DNA of 64,000 nt, taken from Candidatus Hydrogenedentota bacterium (GTDB taxonomy: Bacteria > Hydrogenedentota > Hydrogenedentia > Hydrogenedentales > JAEUWI01). This document shows positions 27,871 through 38,709 of the stretch, piece after piece. The stretch covers positions 25,507 through 89,506 of the forward strand of contig JAXMOL010000030.1 of the NCBI GenBank assembly GCA_034669905.1. Direction: 5' to 3'. How positions within the stretch are numbered: the first letter of the stretch is position 1; each line of letters starts with the position of its first letter. Below the pieces are notes generated by a model. It worked only from the letters and a program-made list of their open reading frames with translations, was not told where the DNA came from and searched no databases. The translations under genes and the position numbers were made by a program.

Positions 27871-28803
27871 GTGGCTTTTTTTAAGCGCACGCCGTTTGGC
27901 CGAAAGAAACGAACCCAGAGTGCCGTACCCGATGGTCTCTGGAAGAAATGCGATGGCTGCAAACAAACCGTCTACCAGCCGGACATCAAAGAAAATATGT
28001 ACGTCTGCCCCCAATGCGCCCATCACTATCGCATTGGCTCCCGTGATCGTATCGATATTCTGGTTGATACGGGTTCCTTTACCGAGACCCACACCAACAT
28101 TACCGCCGCGGATCCCCTGGAGTTTGCAGTGGGTAAGGAAACCTATACGCAGCGCATCGATCGGGCCCGCAAACAGTCGGGACTCAATGAAGCCCTCGTG
28201 ACCGGACTCGCCGCCATCGAGGGGGTACGTTGTGCCATTGGCTGCATGGACTCTTCCTTTGTCATGGCAAGCATGGGCTCGGCCGTTGGCGAAAAGTTCT
28301 CCCGACTCGTGGGAGACGCGATCGCCCATGAAGTGCCGCTCATCGTCTTCGCGGCATCCGGTGGCGCCCGTATGCAGGAAGGCATTCTGGCCCTCATGCA
28401 AATGGCCAAGACGGCAGATGCCGTACGCCAGATCAACGAAGCCGGGCTCCCCTTCATCGTGGTGCAGACCGACCCCACTTCCGGTGGTGTATTTGCCAGT
28501 TTCGCCAATCTCGGCGACATTACCATTGCCGAGCCCAAGGCCTATATCGGATTCGCCGGCGCACGACTCATCGAGGGTGCGTTCAAGATTAAGCTGCCCG
28601 ATGGGTTCCAGCGGGCCGAGTACCAGCGTGACAACGGGTTTGTGGACCACATCGTGCCCCGTACCGAGATGCGGGCTCATCTTGGAAAGCTCCTGCGCTA
28701 CCTGGCACCCAAGGCCGATGAAGATCTGAAAGATTACGTCCCCGAAAAGGTGGAAGAACCTGATCTCGCTGCCGCCACATCGGAGTCAGAAGCAGAGGCA
28801 TGA
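27871..28803 (+). CDS. accD: Acetyl-CoA carboxylase carboxyltransferase beta subunit
   Basis: GLWKKC..C, SMGSAVGEK, SGGARMQEG, FQRAE. Confidence 0.97.
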   Translation: MAFFKRTPFGRKKRTQSAVPDGLWKKCDGCKQTVYQPDIKENMYVCPQCAHHYRIGSRDRIDILVDTGSFTETHTNITAADPLEFAVGKETYTQRIDRARKQSGLNEALVTGLAAIEGVRCAIGCMDSSFVMASMGSAVGEKFSRLVGDAIAHEVPLIVFAASGGARMQEGILALMQMAKTADAVRQINEAGLPFIVVQTDPTSGGVFASFANLGDITIAEPKAYIGFAGARLIEGAFKIKLPDGFQRAEYQRDNGFVDHIVPRTEMRAHLGKLLRYLAPKADEDLKDYVPEKVEEPDLAAATSESEAEA

Positions 28804-30098
28804 CCACCATCACAACGGCACGGCCGCACACCCCCCTGCGGCAGTACCTATTCGATTTGACCCTGCACGGAATCAAGCTGGGCCTGGATAATATCCAGGC
28901 CCTTCTTCGTGCTGCCGACGCGCCCCACCTCGCCTACCCGACGATTCACATCGGTGGCACCAATGGAAAGGGCAGCGTCGTCGCCCTCTTGTCCGCCATG
29001 TTGAGCGACGCAGGCTATCGGGTTGGCCGTTTCACCAGCCCCCATCTCATCGACGTATCCGAGCGCTTCCTCATCAATGGCGAACCCATCACCGAGGTCG
29101 ATCTGGAAGAAAACATACGCTTCTTTCAAGACGTCGCCACGTCGATGCCCCAATGCCCCACCTTCTTCGAGATGAACACGGCCATCGCCTTTCGGCACTT
29201 CGCCCAACAACGGGTAGATGTGGCCCTCATCGAAGTGGGGATGGGCGGGCGCTTCGACAGCACCAATGTTGTGCAGCCCATCGCCACCGCCATCACCAAC
29301 ATCGATCTGGAGCATACCGCCTTCCTCGGGAATACCATCACCGCTATCGCGGGAGAAAAAGCCGGGATTATCAAGGCCGGTGTACCGGTGATTACCGCCG
29401 AGTGTCAGGAGGAAGCCCTCTCGGTCTTTCGAAAGACGGCCGCAGGGCTCAAGGCACCCCTGCACGAAGTGGGCCGGGATATCGCGTTCGAATGCAGTGG
29501 CTCACCCTGGGCTCAGCGCATGGATTACCACAGCCCCACGCTCACCCTGACCGCCGCACCCCTCGGGCTGCCGGGAGCCTACCAGGGAGCCAACGCGGCC
29601 GTGGCCATCGCGGTAGCAGAACAGCTCGCAGCGACCTTTCCCAACCTCAACGAACAATCCATCCTGGCGGGATTGCAGAAGGCTTCCTGGCCCTGTCGCC
29701 TCGAACGGGTCCTCGACCTCCCTCCCACCTTCATTGATGTGGCCCACAATGAAGCGGGTGCACAGCGCCTCGCGGACCACCTGGATGAGTGCGTAATGGT
29801 TTTTGCAGCATCTTCCGACAAAGACGCGGCCGCTATGCTGCGCGCCCTTCAGCCCAAGGCGAAGCACCTGCTCCTTACCCGCTTCGAAGGGAAACGGGCC
29901 GCATCAACCGCGGCCTTGTCCGCCCACCTCACACCGGGAAGCTACGTCGTGCACCCCGCCCTGCCGGAAGCGATTGAGGCGGGTCTGGCCTTGGCGGATG
30001 AATCCTGCCCCCTCCTGATTACGGGCTCCATCTACGCCGCAGGAGAAGCCCGGGAGTACCTGATCCAACACCACGGCGCGACCCCCTTGCAGTTCTGA
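28800..30098 (+). CDS. folC: Folylpolyglutamate synthase / dihydrofolate synthase
   Basis: GGTNGKGS, FTSPH, EVGMGGRFDSTN, DVAHN, TGSIY. Confidence 0.96.
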   Translation: MTTITTARPHTPLRQYLFDLTLHGIKLGLDNIQALLRAADAPHLAYPTIHIGGTNGKGSVVALLSAMLSDAGYRVGRFTSPHLIDVSERFLINGEPITEVDLEENIRFFQDVATSMPQCPTFFEMNTAIAFRHFAQQRVDVALIEVGMGGRFDSTNVVQPIATAITNIDLEHTAFLGNTITAIAGEKAGIIKAGVPVITAECQEEALSVFRKTAAGLKAPLHEVGRDIAFECSGSPWAQRMDYHSPTLTLTAAPLGLPGAYQGANAAVAIAVAEQLAATFPNLNEQSILAGLQKASWPCRLERVLDLPPTFIDVAHNEAGAQRLADHLDECVMVFAASSDKDAAAMLRALQPKAKHLLLTRFEGKRAASTAALSAHLTPGSYVVHPALPEAIEAGLALADESCPLLITGSIYAAGEAREYLIQHHGATPLQF

Positions 30099-30113
30099 CC
30101 GGCCTGGCGCCCC

Positions 30114-31901
30114 TCAGTCTTTCGCGAGGCAAATCAGTTTCTGACCCGGGTGAGGGTTGGCCGGGCTTTCCGACGTAATCACATTGAGCCGTTTATCCTC
30201 GGTGATGACCAACAGGGGGATGGCGTCGGGGTTCTGCACCTTGAATTCTTTGAAGGTAAAGGCGTCCGTCAGGGGCGTCACCTTAATCTTCGCACCGCCC
30301 CAGATGCGCTCTGAAAGCATCCGGAAGGGCACATCCTCGCCAAAGAGAATGCGGCCCCGGAGGTGGCGTGGCAACTCCGCTTCATCATGCCGCTTGCCCG
30401 GGGCGTTTTCCATCCCCATCTGGTAGGTTTCGCTTCGGCCAAAGACTTCGGCAAAGTGCAGGGTAGCCAGGGCATTGACCGTGTAGTTGCCCGTCAACGC
30501 CAAGACCCGACCCATGCGGTCGAGGGGCAGTTCATCGAGGAGACGTTCCGAAAGGGCATCCCCAAAGTGCGCCGGGATACCGTCCTGTCGGGCCACGGTT
30601 ATGTTCCGCCAGTTGCTGTCCACCAGCAGCACATCAAAGCCCTCTTTCATGAGGACCTGGGCCAACTGTCGGGCGGGCGCGTGAGCTCCAATAATGACCG
30701 AGCCCTGGGGATTGTCAATGGCCAGTTTCAGCCGTTTCGCCAGGGGCCCCGCCGTTAGGCCATAGACGAGCACCGTAATAGCGATTACGAGAAACGTCGC
30801 CGGCACCATGCGCTCGGCACCCGCATGGCCGCTTTCGGCCAGAGAAAGGGCAAAGACCGAGGTCACGGCCGCCGCCACGATACCCCGGGGCGCCATCCAG
30901 CAGAGAAAGATGCGCTCTGCCCGGGTCAGGGCCGTGCCAAGCGTACAAAAGTAGATAGACAGGGGCCGCGCCACGAATATCAGCACCAGCGCGAAGGCCA
31001 CGCCGCCAAAGCCCAGCTCCCGCAGGGTCATCAAATCCAGTCGAGCAGAGAGCAACACAAACAAGACCGCCAAGAGGAGCACCCGCAGGTTTTCCTTGAA
31101 CTCGACGAGATGACGAATAGATACCTTGTTCTGGTTTGCCAGCCAAACCCCCATGATGGTGACCGTGAGCAGGCCCGATTCGTGCATCAGGGTATTGGAG
31201 AGGGCGAAGGCACCGAGGGCCATGGCGAGGCTTACCGCGACATGGAGCATCTCGGGAATCCAATAGCGACGAATCAAGAGCACCAGTGTGTTCGCGCCCA
31301 GAATGCCCAGGCCCAGCCCAATCACCAGGGTCTTGATAACGCCCAGAATGACCCCTGAGGTCGCATGGTCCGGACTCGAATTAATGGCTTCATAGACCAA
31401 TACGGCGAGACTGGCCCCCACCGGGTCGATCATGATACCTTCCCACTTCAACAGGGGCCCCACCTTGCCCGTGGGCCGGATATGCCGCAGTAGCGGGCCA
31501 ATGACCGTCGGACCGGTCACCACGAGAATCGCGCCCAGCAGTAAGGAGACCGACCAGGAAAGGTCCAGCAGGTAGTGGGCCGCCAGCGCGCTGATAATCC
31601 AGGTCGCCACGACGCCCACACTGACCAGACGCCAGAACACGGCACTCACCCCGGACAATTCCCGGAAACGAAGGGTCAATCCCCCTTCAAAGAGGATAAG
31701 GGCCACACACACCGACACGAGGGGCAGCAGCAAATCACCGAAGAGCTTGTCCGGCTGTACCCACCCCAGGATAGGCCCCGCCACCAGGCCGGACGCCAGG
31801 AGAAAGAGGATGGAGGGAATCTTGATGCGCCACCCAATCCATTGGGCCGCAATACCAAGCACAATAAGTAACGTCAATTGAATAAGATGATTGTCTTCCA
31901 T
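30114..31901 (-). CDS. CPA1 family Na+/H+ antiporter with C-terminal TrkA-like domain
   Basis: ILFEGG, TGPTVIGP, WEGIMIDP, APRGIVAAA. Confidence 0.9.
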   Translation of the reverse strand: MEDNHLIQLTLLIVLGIAAQWIGWRIKIPSILFLLASGLVAGPILGWVQPDKLFGDLLLPLVSVCVALILFEGGLTLRFRELSGVSAVFWRLVSVGVVATWIISALAAHYLLDLSWSVSLLLGAILVVTGPTVIGPLLRHIRPTGKVGPLLKWEGIMIDPVGASLAVLVYEAINSSPDHATSGVILGVIKTLVIGLGLGILGANTLVLLIRRYWIPEMLHVAVSLAMALGAFALSNTLMHESGLLTVTIMGVWLANQNKVSIRHLVEFKENLRVLLLAVLFVLLSARLDLMTLRELGFGGVAFALVLIFVARPLSIYFCTLGTALTRAERIFLCWMAPRGIVAAAVTSVFALSLAESGHAGAERMVPATFLVIAITVLVYGLTAGPLAKRLKLAIDNPQGSVIIGAHAPARQLAQVLMKEGFDVLLVDSNWRNITVARQDGIPAHFGDALSERLLDELPLDRMGRVLALTGNYTVNALATLHFAEVFGRSETYQMGMENAPGKRHDEAELPRHLRGRILFGEDVPFRMLSERIWGGAKIKVTPLTDAFTFKEFKVQNPDAIPLLVITEDKRLNVITSESPANPHPGQKLICLAKD

Positions 31902-32125
31902 ATAAAGACCTGTATCGTTGGAGAAAGGCCACGGCAGAGCCTCCAACCCGGAACGCCCCCGTCCGCGACCGTGTAAAGCATAAAACAATGACACCCCGGA
32001 CGCAACTTGACAAATATTCGAATACGCTGACGCTTCTGGAGAGGAGGCGATCTACGGGCCGGGCCAACCACGAAAAGGCGCATGGAGGGAAGGGCATTCG
32101 GCCATTTGCAAACAAAATGCGCGAA

Positions 32126-32154
32126 TGTCCCTTGAAATGGCCCCCACTCGTCGT
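32126..32154 (+). promoter_or_regulatory. ECF-type promoter TGTCCC-N17-CGTCGT
   Basis: Same motif and spacing recur at 35812 and 38710. Confidence 0.6.
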
Positions 32155-32198
32155 ATAGTTATCAGTGGCCATTGAACCAGTCAAAGGAGATACGTCCC

Positions 32199-32675
32199 AT
32201 GGAATTCATTACGATTCCGGAACCCCAGATTATGGAAAGCGAACACAAAACCATTGCCGGGCTCGTTTCGACCTACTTGTTTACCGACTGTGGTGCCATC
32301 CCGGCGCAGTGGGCGCGCTTCAACGCCCTGCGGACGCAGATTCCCCATCAAATCGACGGGGCCACCTATGGGGTCTGTTGCATGGCAGACGCACCCGGCA
32401 CAATGAATTACTACGCGGGAGTTGGCGTGACCAATACCACGGGGCTCCCCGAAGAATTTGAAACGGTGACCCTTCCGGGCGCACGGTATGCGTGCTTCCG
32501 TTGCGACCACCACATCGCGGAGATTCAGCGGGTGATCCACACGGTATGGAATCAATGGCTGCCAGGGTCGGGTTATCGCCCGGGCAACGCGCCGAGTTTT
32601 GAACGTTATACCCAATCCTACGACCCCGAAACGGGCGGAGGCGGTTTTGAAATATGGATCCCTATCGCCTCCTGA
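32199..32675 (+). CDS. GyrI-like effector-binding protein
   Basis: IPAQWARF, YGVC, YACF, WLPGSGY...FERY...EIWIPI. Confidence 0.88.
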   Translation: MEFITIPEPQIMESEHKTIAGLVSTYLFTDCGAIPAQWARFNALRTQIPHQIDGATYGVCCMADAPGTMNYYAGVGVTNTTGLPEEFETVTLPGARYACFRCDHHIAEIQRVIHTVWNQWLPGSGYRPGNAPSFERYTQSYDPETGGGGFEIWIPIAS

Positions 32676-32707
32676 ATGCTCACCCCCACGTGCAGAAAGC
32701 CTAACCC

Positions 32708-33889
32708 ATGAATACCATGCATCGCGACGACTGGCAAACGGCCCTTGGCCGACACATCGAAAACGGAAGCCTGCCGGGTCTGGTTGCCCTGCGCGCCCAG
32801 GGAAAGCAGATCGAGGTCTATACGGCGGGCGCCCTGTCCCTTACGGACCCCACCCCCATGGCCCGGGATACGCTATTCCGTATCGCCTCCATGACCAAAC
32901 CGATCGCCGCCGCCGCGGCTATGATGCTCGTGGATGAGGGCGCCCTCTCGCTGGATGACCCGGTCGACCATTGGCTCCCCGAGTTGGCCGACCGGAGGGT
33001 CTTACGTGCCCTCGATGGCCCGTTGGACGAGACGGTTCCCGCCCATCGCCCTTTGACTGCCCGGGATCTGCTGACGATGCGTATGGGATTGGGTTATATC
33101 CTGGCCCGTTCCGATGACTACCCCATCCAGCACGCCATCAAGGACCTGAACATCCTCCAGGGCATGCCCCGACTTCAGGAATGGCCCGACCCGGACACGT
33201 GGATCGCAGGCGTTGGCACGTTGCCGCTCATGGCCCAACCCGGGGAGCGCTGGATGTATGATCTGTCTCTCGAGGTCCTGAGCGTGCTGATTGGCCGTGT
33301 GAGTGGCCACGCATTGGGCGACTTCCTGGAACAGCGCCTCTTCGGCCCCCTGGGAATGAAGGATACGGGCTTCTACGTGCCCCCGGACAAGCTATCCCGG
33401 CTCGCCACCGCCTATGAAGGCGCCCCTTCGGGTGAAGGCCTCCAGGTCTACGACACACCGGAGGACGGCGGTTGGTCCCGCATGCCGCGCTTTCACTCTG
33501 CGGCTGCAGGCCTTGTATCTACCGCCGACGACTACCGGGCCTTTCTCCAACTTCTCTTAGACAACGGAGTCGCCGAAGGCACCCGTCTCCTTTCCGAGGA
33601 ATCGGTGACCCTCATGCGCCAGGACCACCTCACCGAGGCACAGCGAAAGGCCAACCAGCTATTTCTCGGTGCCCACAGTGGTTGGGGCTTTGGCCTCGCC
33701 GTCAATCGGGAAGTCGGCCCGACCGGAGAGCGGCCAGGAAGATTCGGGTGGACCGGCGGCATCGGCACGACCGCCTTTGCCGACCCCGACGGGAAGCGCA
33801 TCGGAATTCTGCTGACCCAACGCCTCCTCGACACGCCCCGGCCTCCGGAAGTTTTTGATGATTTCTGGAAAGGCTTCTACGACACCTGA
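32708..33889 (+). CDS. Serine hydrolase (class C beta-lactamase-like)
   Basis: FRIASMTK, QPGERWMY, PLGMKDT, FGWTG. Confidence 0.92.
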   Translation: MNTMHRDDWQTALGRHIENGSLPGLVALRAQGKQIEVYTAGALSLTDPTPMARDTLFRIASMTKPIAAAAAMMLVDEGALSLDDPVDHWLPELADRRVLRALDGPLDETVPAHRPLTARDLLTMRMGLGYILARSDDYPIQHAIKDLNILQGMPRLQEWPDPDTWIAGVGTLPLMAQPGERWMYDLSLEVLSVLIGRVSGHALGDFLEQRLFGPLGMKDTGFYVPPDKLSRLATAYEGAPSGEGLQVYDTPEDGGWSRMPRFHSAAAGLVSTADDYRAFLQLLLDNGVAEGTRLLSEESVTLMRQDHLTEAQRKANQLFLGAHSGWGFGLAVNREVGPTGERPGRFGWTGGIGTTAFADPDGKRIGILLTQRLLDTPRPPEVFDDFWKGFYDT

Positions 33890-33996
33890 GTCCCCTCCAC
33901 CGAACGGTCTGTTTGGCGCCAAATCGCGCGGGTGACTATAAGCTTGGTATGATGCCCGCGAAAAAACGCAGCCAATCACCGTGTGGAGTATCCCCC

Positions 33997-35310
33997 TTGT
34001 CCAGTGACCCCGATCCATCTGCTCCCCCGTCTCGCCCCCATGTCCTCATTATTGGCGGTGGCTTCGCGGGGCTGTCCTGTGCCCTGGCCCTGAAGCACGT
34101 ACCCGTTCGTGTCACCTTGATCGACCGGCGGAATTTTCATCTCTTTCAACCCCTGTTGTACCAGGTCGCCACCGGTGGCCTGTCCCCCGCCAACATCGCA
34201 ACGCCACTCCGAAAGGTCTTGAGCCGATACGGAAACACCCGCGTGCTATTGGGCGAAGTGGCGCATATCGACACCACGGCGAAACAGGTCGGTCTCAATG
34301 GCTTCCAACTGGATTATGACTATCTGGTCGTCGCAACGGGTTCGGGCCATCATTATTTCGGGAACGATGAATGGGAAACCCATGCCCCCGGCCTGAAGAC
34401 CATAGAAGATGCAACACGGATTCGGCACGAGGTCTTAAAAGCCTTCGAGTTGGCCGAGCGCGAAAACGATCCCGACGTTGTGCAACACTACCTGACTTTT
34501 GCCATTGTAGGCGCGGGCCCCACCGGGGTGGAGTTGGCCGGTGCCATCAGCGAAATCGCCCGCCACACGCTTCGGCACGAATTCCGTACCATCAAGCCGG
34601 AAGACGCCCGCATTGTCTTGTTGGAACATGCCGATAGAGTCCTGCCCCCCTATCCGCACGCCCTCTCGGACGACGCCCGCAGGATGCTCACCGAACTCGG
34701 CGTCGAAGTCCAGACCGGCGTCAAGGTCACGGGCATTACGGCGGAGCAGGTGCACGTGGAAACCGCAGACGGCCCCGAAACGATCAACGCAAAAACGGTA
34801 CTCTGGGCAGCCGGTGTGGCCGCATCCCCCCTGGGTAGAATGCTCGTCGAGGGCGCCGATGACGCATTGGCCCACGGAGGCCGGGTCCGGGTCAATCAAT
34901 TTCTCGCGCTGCCCAGGCACCCCGAGGTCTTTGTGGTGGGTGACCTCGCCTTCGCCCTGGATGCCGACGAAGCGCCCCTGCCCGGTGTCGCCCCGGTAGC
35001 CGCCCAGCAGGGCAAGTATGTGGCCAAACACATTGCCGCACGGCTACGCGGCGAAGCGGTGGAGCCCTTCCACTATTTTGACGCGGGGATGGCCTCGACC
35101 ATCGGACGGGGGAAGGCGGTGGCCGTGATTTTCGGACGTCCCCTGCGCGGCGGTGTGGCGTGGCTGGCCTGGCTCTTCATCCATCTCATGAAACTGGTGA
35201 GCTTTGAAAACCGGGTCCTCGTCTTCATGCAGTGGGCCTGGAATTACACCACCCGCAACCGCAGTGCCCGGCTCATTACGGGCGAGGAACACGACAGCAA
35301 CGACCGCTGA
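33997..35310 (+). CDS. ndh: Type II NADH dehydrogenase-like flavoprotein
   Basis: GGGFAG, FQPLLYQVATG, GAGPTGVELAG, WAAGV. Start approximate. Confidence 0.9.
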   Translation: MSSDPDPSAPPSRPHVLIIGGGFAGLSCALALKHVPVRVTLIDRRNFHLFQPLLYQVATGGLSPANIATPLRKVLSRYGNTRVLLGEVAHIDTTAKQVGLNGFQLDYDYLVVATGSGHHYFGNDEWETHAPGLKTIEDATRIRHEVLKAFELAERENDPDVVQHYLTFAIVGAGPTGVELAGAISEIARHTLRHEFRTIKPEDARIVLLEHADRVLPPYPHALSDDARRMLTELGVEVQTGVKVTGITAEQVHVETADGPETINAKTVLWAAGVAASPLGRMLVEGADDALAHGGRVRVNQFLALPRHPEVFVVGDLAFALDADEAPLPGVAPVAAQQGKYVAKHIAARLRGEAVEPFHYFDAGMASTIGRGKAVAVIFGRPLRGGVAWLAWLFIHLMKLVSFENRVLVFMQWAWNYTTRNRSARLITGEEHDSNDR

Positions 35311-35331
35311 ACATCCGGTCTCCAGGTGGAC

Positions 35332-35628
35332 TCAATTCGGGCAGAAGCGGTGATAGCGCCCACGTATAAACATGGTAAACATACGTGGCACGTAGGGGTG
35401 TTTCACCTCTTCCCCACTCGGATCGAGTTCCAGGTTTTCCTCCGCCACATAGGTCTCGGCCCCCCCATGGACCAGCACGTGATACCACGGCTGTTCCCGA
35501 TCGGGCTGGGTGCGGTTTCTCAGGTACCACTCATCGGGCGCACTGCACCCATCGTCCGCCTGGGCAATCACACCCCGGTAATCGTAGCGCTTGTGATGAA
35601 CCACTTCGCCCACTTGAAACTGAGCCAT
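35332..35628 (-). CDS. hspQ: Heat shock protein HspQ (YccV-like)
   Basis: FQVGEVVHHKRYDYRGVI...QPWYHVLV...YVAEENL. Confidence 0.9.
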   Translation of the reverse strand: MAQFQVGEVVHHKRYDYRGVIAQADDGCSAPDEWYLRNRTQPDREQPWYHVLVHGGAETYVAEENLELDPSGEEVKHPYVPRMFTMFIRGRYHRFCPN

Positions 35629-35811
35629 GGCACAACTCCTTCGCCTGCTCGGCTTTCCCAAGGCACCGGCCCCGAGCAATGCGCCCGCCGGGGTCTCTTA
35701 CCCGGGGGAATTAAGGAACCGCTGCCTGGGTTCCGCCCACCGGAATGCCTCGTCTTTCCTTATTGTACCCCGAAGTCTGCAATACGTTTCCATTCCCGCT
35801 CCTGCCCCCCC

Positions 35812-35840
35812 TGTCCTCACCGCACGGGTTTATTCGTTGT
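35812..35840 (+). promoter_or_regulatory. ECF-type promoter TGTCCT-N17-CGTTGT
   Basis: Recurring motif upstream of the SRPBCC/DoxX cluster. Confidence 0.55.
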
Positions 35841-36138
35841 TTGAGTAGGACCACGGGGTCGGCCCCCAATCACCCGAAGCTAAACCGTTGCCATCGTGCC
35901 ACTTAGGAATACAGTAACGACAGGACATCCCGTCGGTAAGCTCCGACAAGAAAACGAAAGATTCATCTTGGTACACCCGGAAGACCGTGCTATTCTGGGA
36001 CTGGCGCCGATTAGTCTGGTTTGGTCGCCAGCAGCGTAGTCAGAACCCAACGAAGCACCCGGAACGGCCCTACCTTACGGGGAGTATGGTTGGACACGTC
36101 CGGCACAACGGCCACTTGGCCATCGCAGGAGCAATAGT

Positions 36139-36687
36139 ATGATCAAGAAACTGGCAGCAGGTCTTGGCGCATTGGTGATCATTCTGGTGATCGTAATCGC
36201 ACTTCAACCCCCATCGTTCCAGGTGGAGCGGAGCATCCAGATCGCCGCACCGCCCACAACACCTTTTTCCCTGATAAACAATTTTCACCATTGGGAGCAG
36301 TGGTCTCCCTGGGCCAAGTTGGACCCCGCCATGGAAACCACCTACGAAGGCCCTGAGTCGGGCGTGGGCGCAGTTTATCGGTGGAGCGGAAACGGTGATG
36401 TGGGCGAAGGCCAAATGACCATCACCGAAAGCACCCCGGGCGAGAAAATCGTCCTTTCCCTCGAATTTAAGAAACCCTTTGAAGCCCAGAATACCACCGT
36501 ATTTCTCTTCGTGGCCGACGGAAACACCACAACCCTGGTATGGCGCATGGAAGGCACCAATAACTTCATCGGGAAAGCCATGGGGCTTGTGATGAATATG
36601 GACGCCATGATTGGCGAGAGCTTTGAGCAGGGACTCGCCGAACTCAAGGTCATCTCCGAGACCACCAACCCAACGCCGGCCGAATAG
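36139..36687 (+). CDS. SRPBCC/polyketide cyclase family protein
   Basis: VERSIQI, WEQWSPW, GVGAVYRWSGN, FEQGLAELK. Confidence 0.88.
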   Translation: MIKKLAAGLGALVIILVIVIALQPPSFQVERSIQIAAPPTTPFSLINNFHHWEQWSPWAKLDPAMETTYEGPESGVGAVYRWSGNGDVGEGQMTITESTPGEKIVLSLEFKKPFEAQNTTVFLFVADGNTTTLVWRMEGTNNFIGKAMGLVMNMDAMIGESFEQGLAELKVISETTNPTPAE

Positions 36688-36717
36688 CCGAACACACCGC
36701 AAGGGAGCGAAATCACC

Positions 36718-37143
36718 ATGCCGGACTCCACCCCAGACACACCAGGAAACAGCAAGATGCAATGGGCGGGCTATCTGCTCAGCGCCATTCCGGTGCTTAT
36801 GTTACTCATGAGTGCCATCATGAAGATATCCAAGAATGCCATGGTCATGGAGGGCATGCCCCAAATGGGCTACCCCGTCGCGCTGGCCGTTCCCATTGGT
36901 GTCGTCGAATTGCTCTGCACCATCCTCTACCTCGTCCCCCGCACCTCGGTACTGGGAGCCATCCTCCTTACCGGCTATCTCGGTGGTGCAACCGCCACCC
37001 ACGTGCGCATCCAAGAACCCTTCGTGGGCCCGGTAATCTTCGGAATTCTACTCTGGGGCGGCCTGTTCTTGCGGGACGCACACATTCGCGCCCTGATCCC
37101 CTTCCGCAAACCCCAACCCACGAATAGCACGGAGAAAAACTAA
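36718..37143 (+). CDS. DoxX-like membrane protein
   Basis: LGAILLTGYLGGATATHVR. Confidence 0.88.
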   Translation: MPDSTPDTPGNSKMQWAGYLLSAIPVLMLLMSAIMKISKNAMVMEGMPQMGYPVALAVPIGVVELLCTILYLVPRTSVLGAILLTGYLGGATATHVRIQEPFVGPVIFGILLWGGLFLRDAHIRALIPFRKPQPTNSTEKN

Positions 37144-37148
37144 TCCCC

Positions 37149-37607
37149 ATGGCACCCTATGAACTGGCTATTACCCGACTCATCGACGCCCCAAGGGAGC
37201 GTATCTTTGCCGCCTGGACCGACCCGGAGCAGTTGAAACAATGGTTTGCCCCGCAACCGATCACCACCCCGGAGTGTGAAATGGACCCACGGCCCGGAGG
37301 TATCTTTCGTACCCTCATGCGCGGTGAGGATGGCACCGAATACCCGGGCACCGGCGTCTTCCTGGAAGTGGTGGCACCGGAACGGATCGTATTTACAGAC
37401 GCCTTTCTCCCGGGCTGGATCCCGGCAGAAAAGCCCTTCATGACCGCCATCATCACGATGGAAGAGGAGGAAGGAAAAACCCGCTACACCGCGCGGGTCC
37501 GCCATTGGAACGAAGAGGATCTCAAGCAACACGAAGCCATGAATTTTCATGAAGGATGGGGAACGTGCATCGACCAGCTGGTAACCCTGGTTGCGCGCCC
37601 TGACTAA
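37149..37607 (+). CDS. SRPBCC/AHSA1 family protein
   Basis: TRLIDAPRERIFAAWTDP, DPRPGG, HEAMNFHEGW. Confidence 0.9.
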   Translation: MAPYELAITRLIDAPRERIFAAWTDPEQLKQWFAPQPITTPECEMDPRPGGIFRTLMRGEDGTEYPGTGVFLEVVAPERIVFTDAFLPGWIPAEKPFMTAIITMEEEEGKTRYTARVRHWNEEDLKQHEAMNFHEGWGTCIDQLVTLVARPD

Positions 37608-37646
37608 CACTCGCCGACGTACTATCTCCTGGAAAGGAACTGCCCC

Positions 37647-38066
37647 ATGAAAGTCGAAGCCTATTTGTTTTTTAACGGTCGTTGTGAAGAGGCCATTGCC
37701 TTTTACAAGACCGCGATCGATGCCCAGGTGGCCATGCTCATGCGATTCAACGAAATGCCAGAACCCCGGGAAGAAGGCGCGATTCCACCAGGCATGGATG
37801 ACAAGATCATGCACGCCACCCTGCGTATCGGTGAAACGATGATGATGGCTTCGGATGGCTATTGTCAGGAAACGGCCAAATTCGATGGGTTTTCGCTTCA
37901 TATTGAGGCCGCCACCAAAGAAGAGGCCGAACGGCTGTTCAACGGCCTGGGTGACGGGGGCACCGTCACGATGCCCCTGGAGGAGACTTTCTGGTCCCCC
38001 TACTTTGGCATGGTGACCGACAAATTTGGCGTGAACTGGATGGTTGATGTCGCTCAGCCGGTCTAG
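37647..38066 (+). CDS. VOC/PhnB-like protein
   Basis: YLFFNGRCEEAIAFY, IMHATL, FGMVTDKFGVNWM. Confidence 0.92.
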   Translation: MKVEAYLFFNGRCEEAIAFYKTAIDAQVAMLMRFNEMPEPREEGAIPPGMDDKIMHATLRIGETMMMASDGYCQETAKFDGFSLHIEAATKEEAERLFNGLGDGGTVTMPLEETFWSPYFGMVTDKFGVNWMVDVAQPV

Positions 38067-38244
38067 AAACATTTGGCGACTCGGTTCGGGCGGGCACGTG
38101 ATTTACTCCGTGCCCGCTCCGTTTGCTCAAGGTTCATGGAGCACAGGTCTTGAGTGGTCCTGCCTGTACGGGGCACAATAGGGCGAGTACGATTTTTCGG
38201 GGCTGATCGCTGCCCCCACAACCCCAATCACCTCGGAGATACCC

Positions 38245-38703
38245 ATGAACAAGACCCTCCTGATACGCCTCTTTCAACCCACTCCCCAGAATAACGCCGC
38301 CTCTACCGCCCTGCTCCTGCTTCGCCTCGTTGCGGGACTCGCCTTCGTCTACCACGGCTGGGGAAAAATTCAGGCGCCCTTCAGCTGGATGGGACCCGAC
38401 GCATCGGTGCCCGGCATCTTCCAGTTTCTCGCGGCCCTGTCTGAATTTGGTGGAGGAATCGCCTGGATGGTTGGCCTGGTGACGCCTCTGGCCAGCCTGG
38501 GACTCTTCTTCACCATGGCCGTGGCCACCCATATGCACGCCATCGTGAAGGGCGACCCCTTCGTCAGCCAAGGGGGCGGCTCCTATGAGTTGGCGCTCCT
38601 CTACCTCGTAATCGCAATACTATTCATTGTCCTCGGACCCGGAAAGTTCTCTGCCGACCGTTTCGTATTCGGCCTGCGGAGCACGAAGCAGCCGACTGAA
38701 TAA
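38245..38703 (+). CDS. DoxX family protein
   Basis: LLLRLVAG..F..HGWGK, EFGGG, GPGKFSAD. Confidence 0.9.
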   Translation: MNKTLLIRLFQPTPQNNAASTALLLLRLVAGLAFVYHGWGKIQAPFSWMGPDASVPGIFQFLAALSEFGGGIAWMVGLVTPLASLGLFFTMAVATHMHAIVKGDPFVSQGGGSYELALLYLVIAILFIVLGPGKFSADRFVFGLRSTKQPTE

Positions 38704-38709
38704 TCCCCA

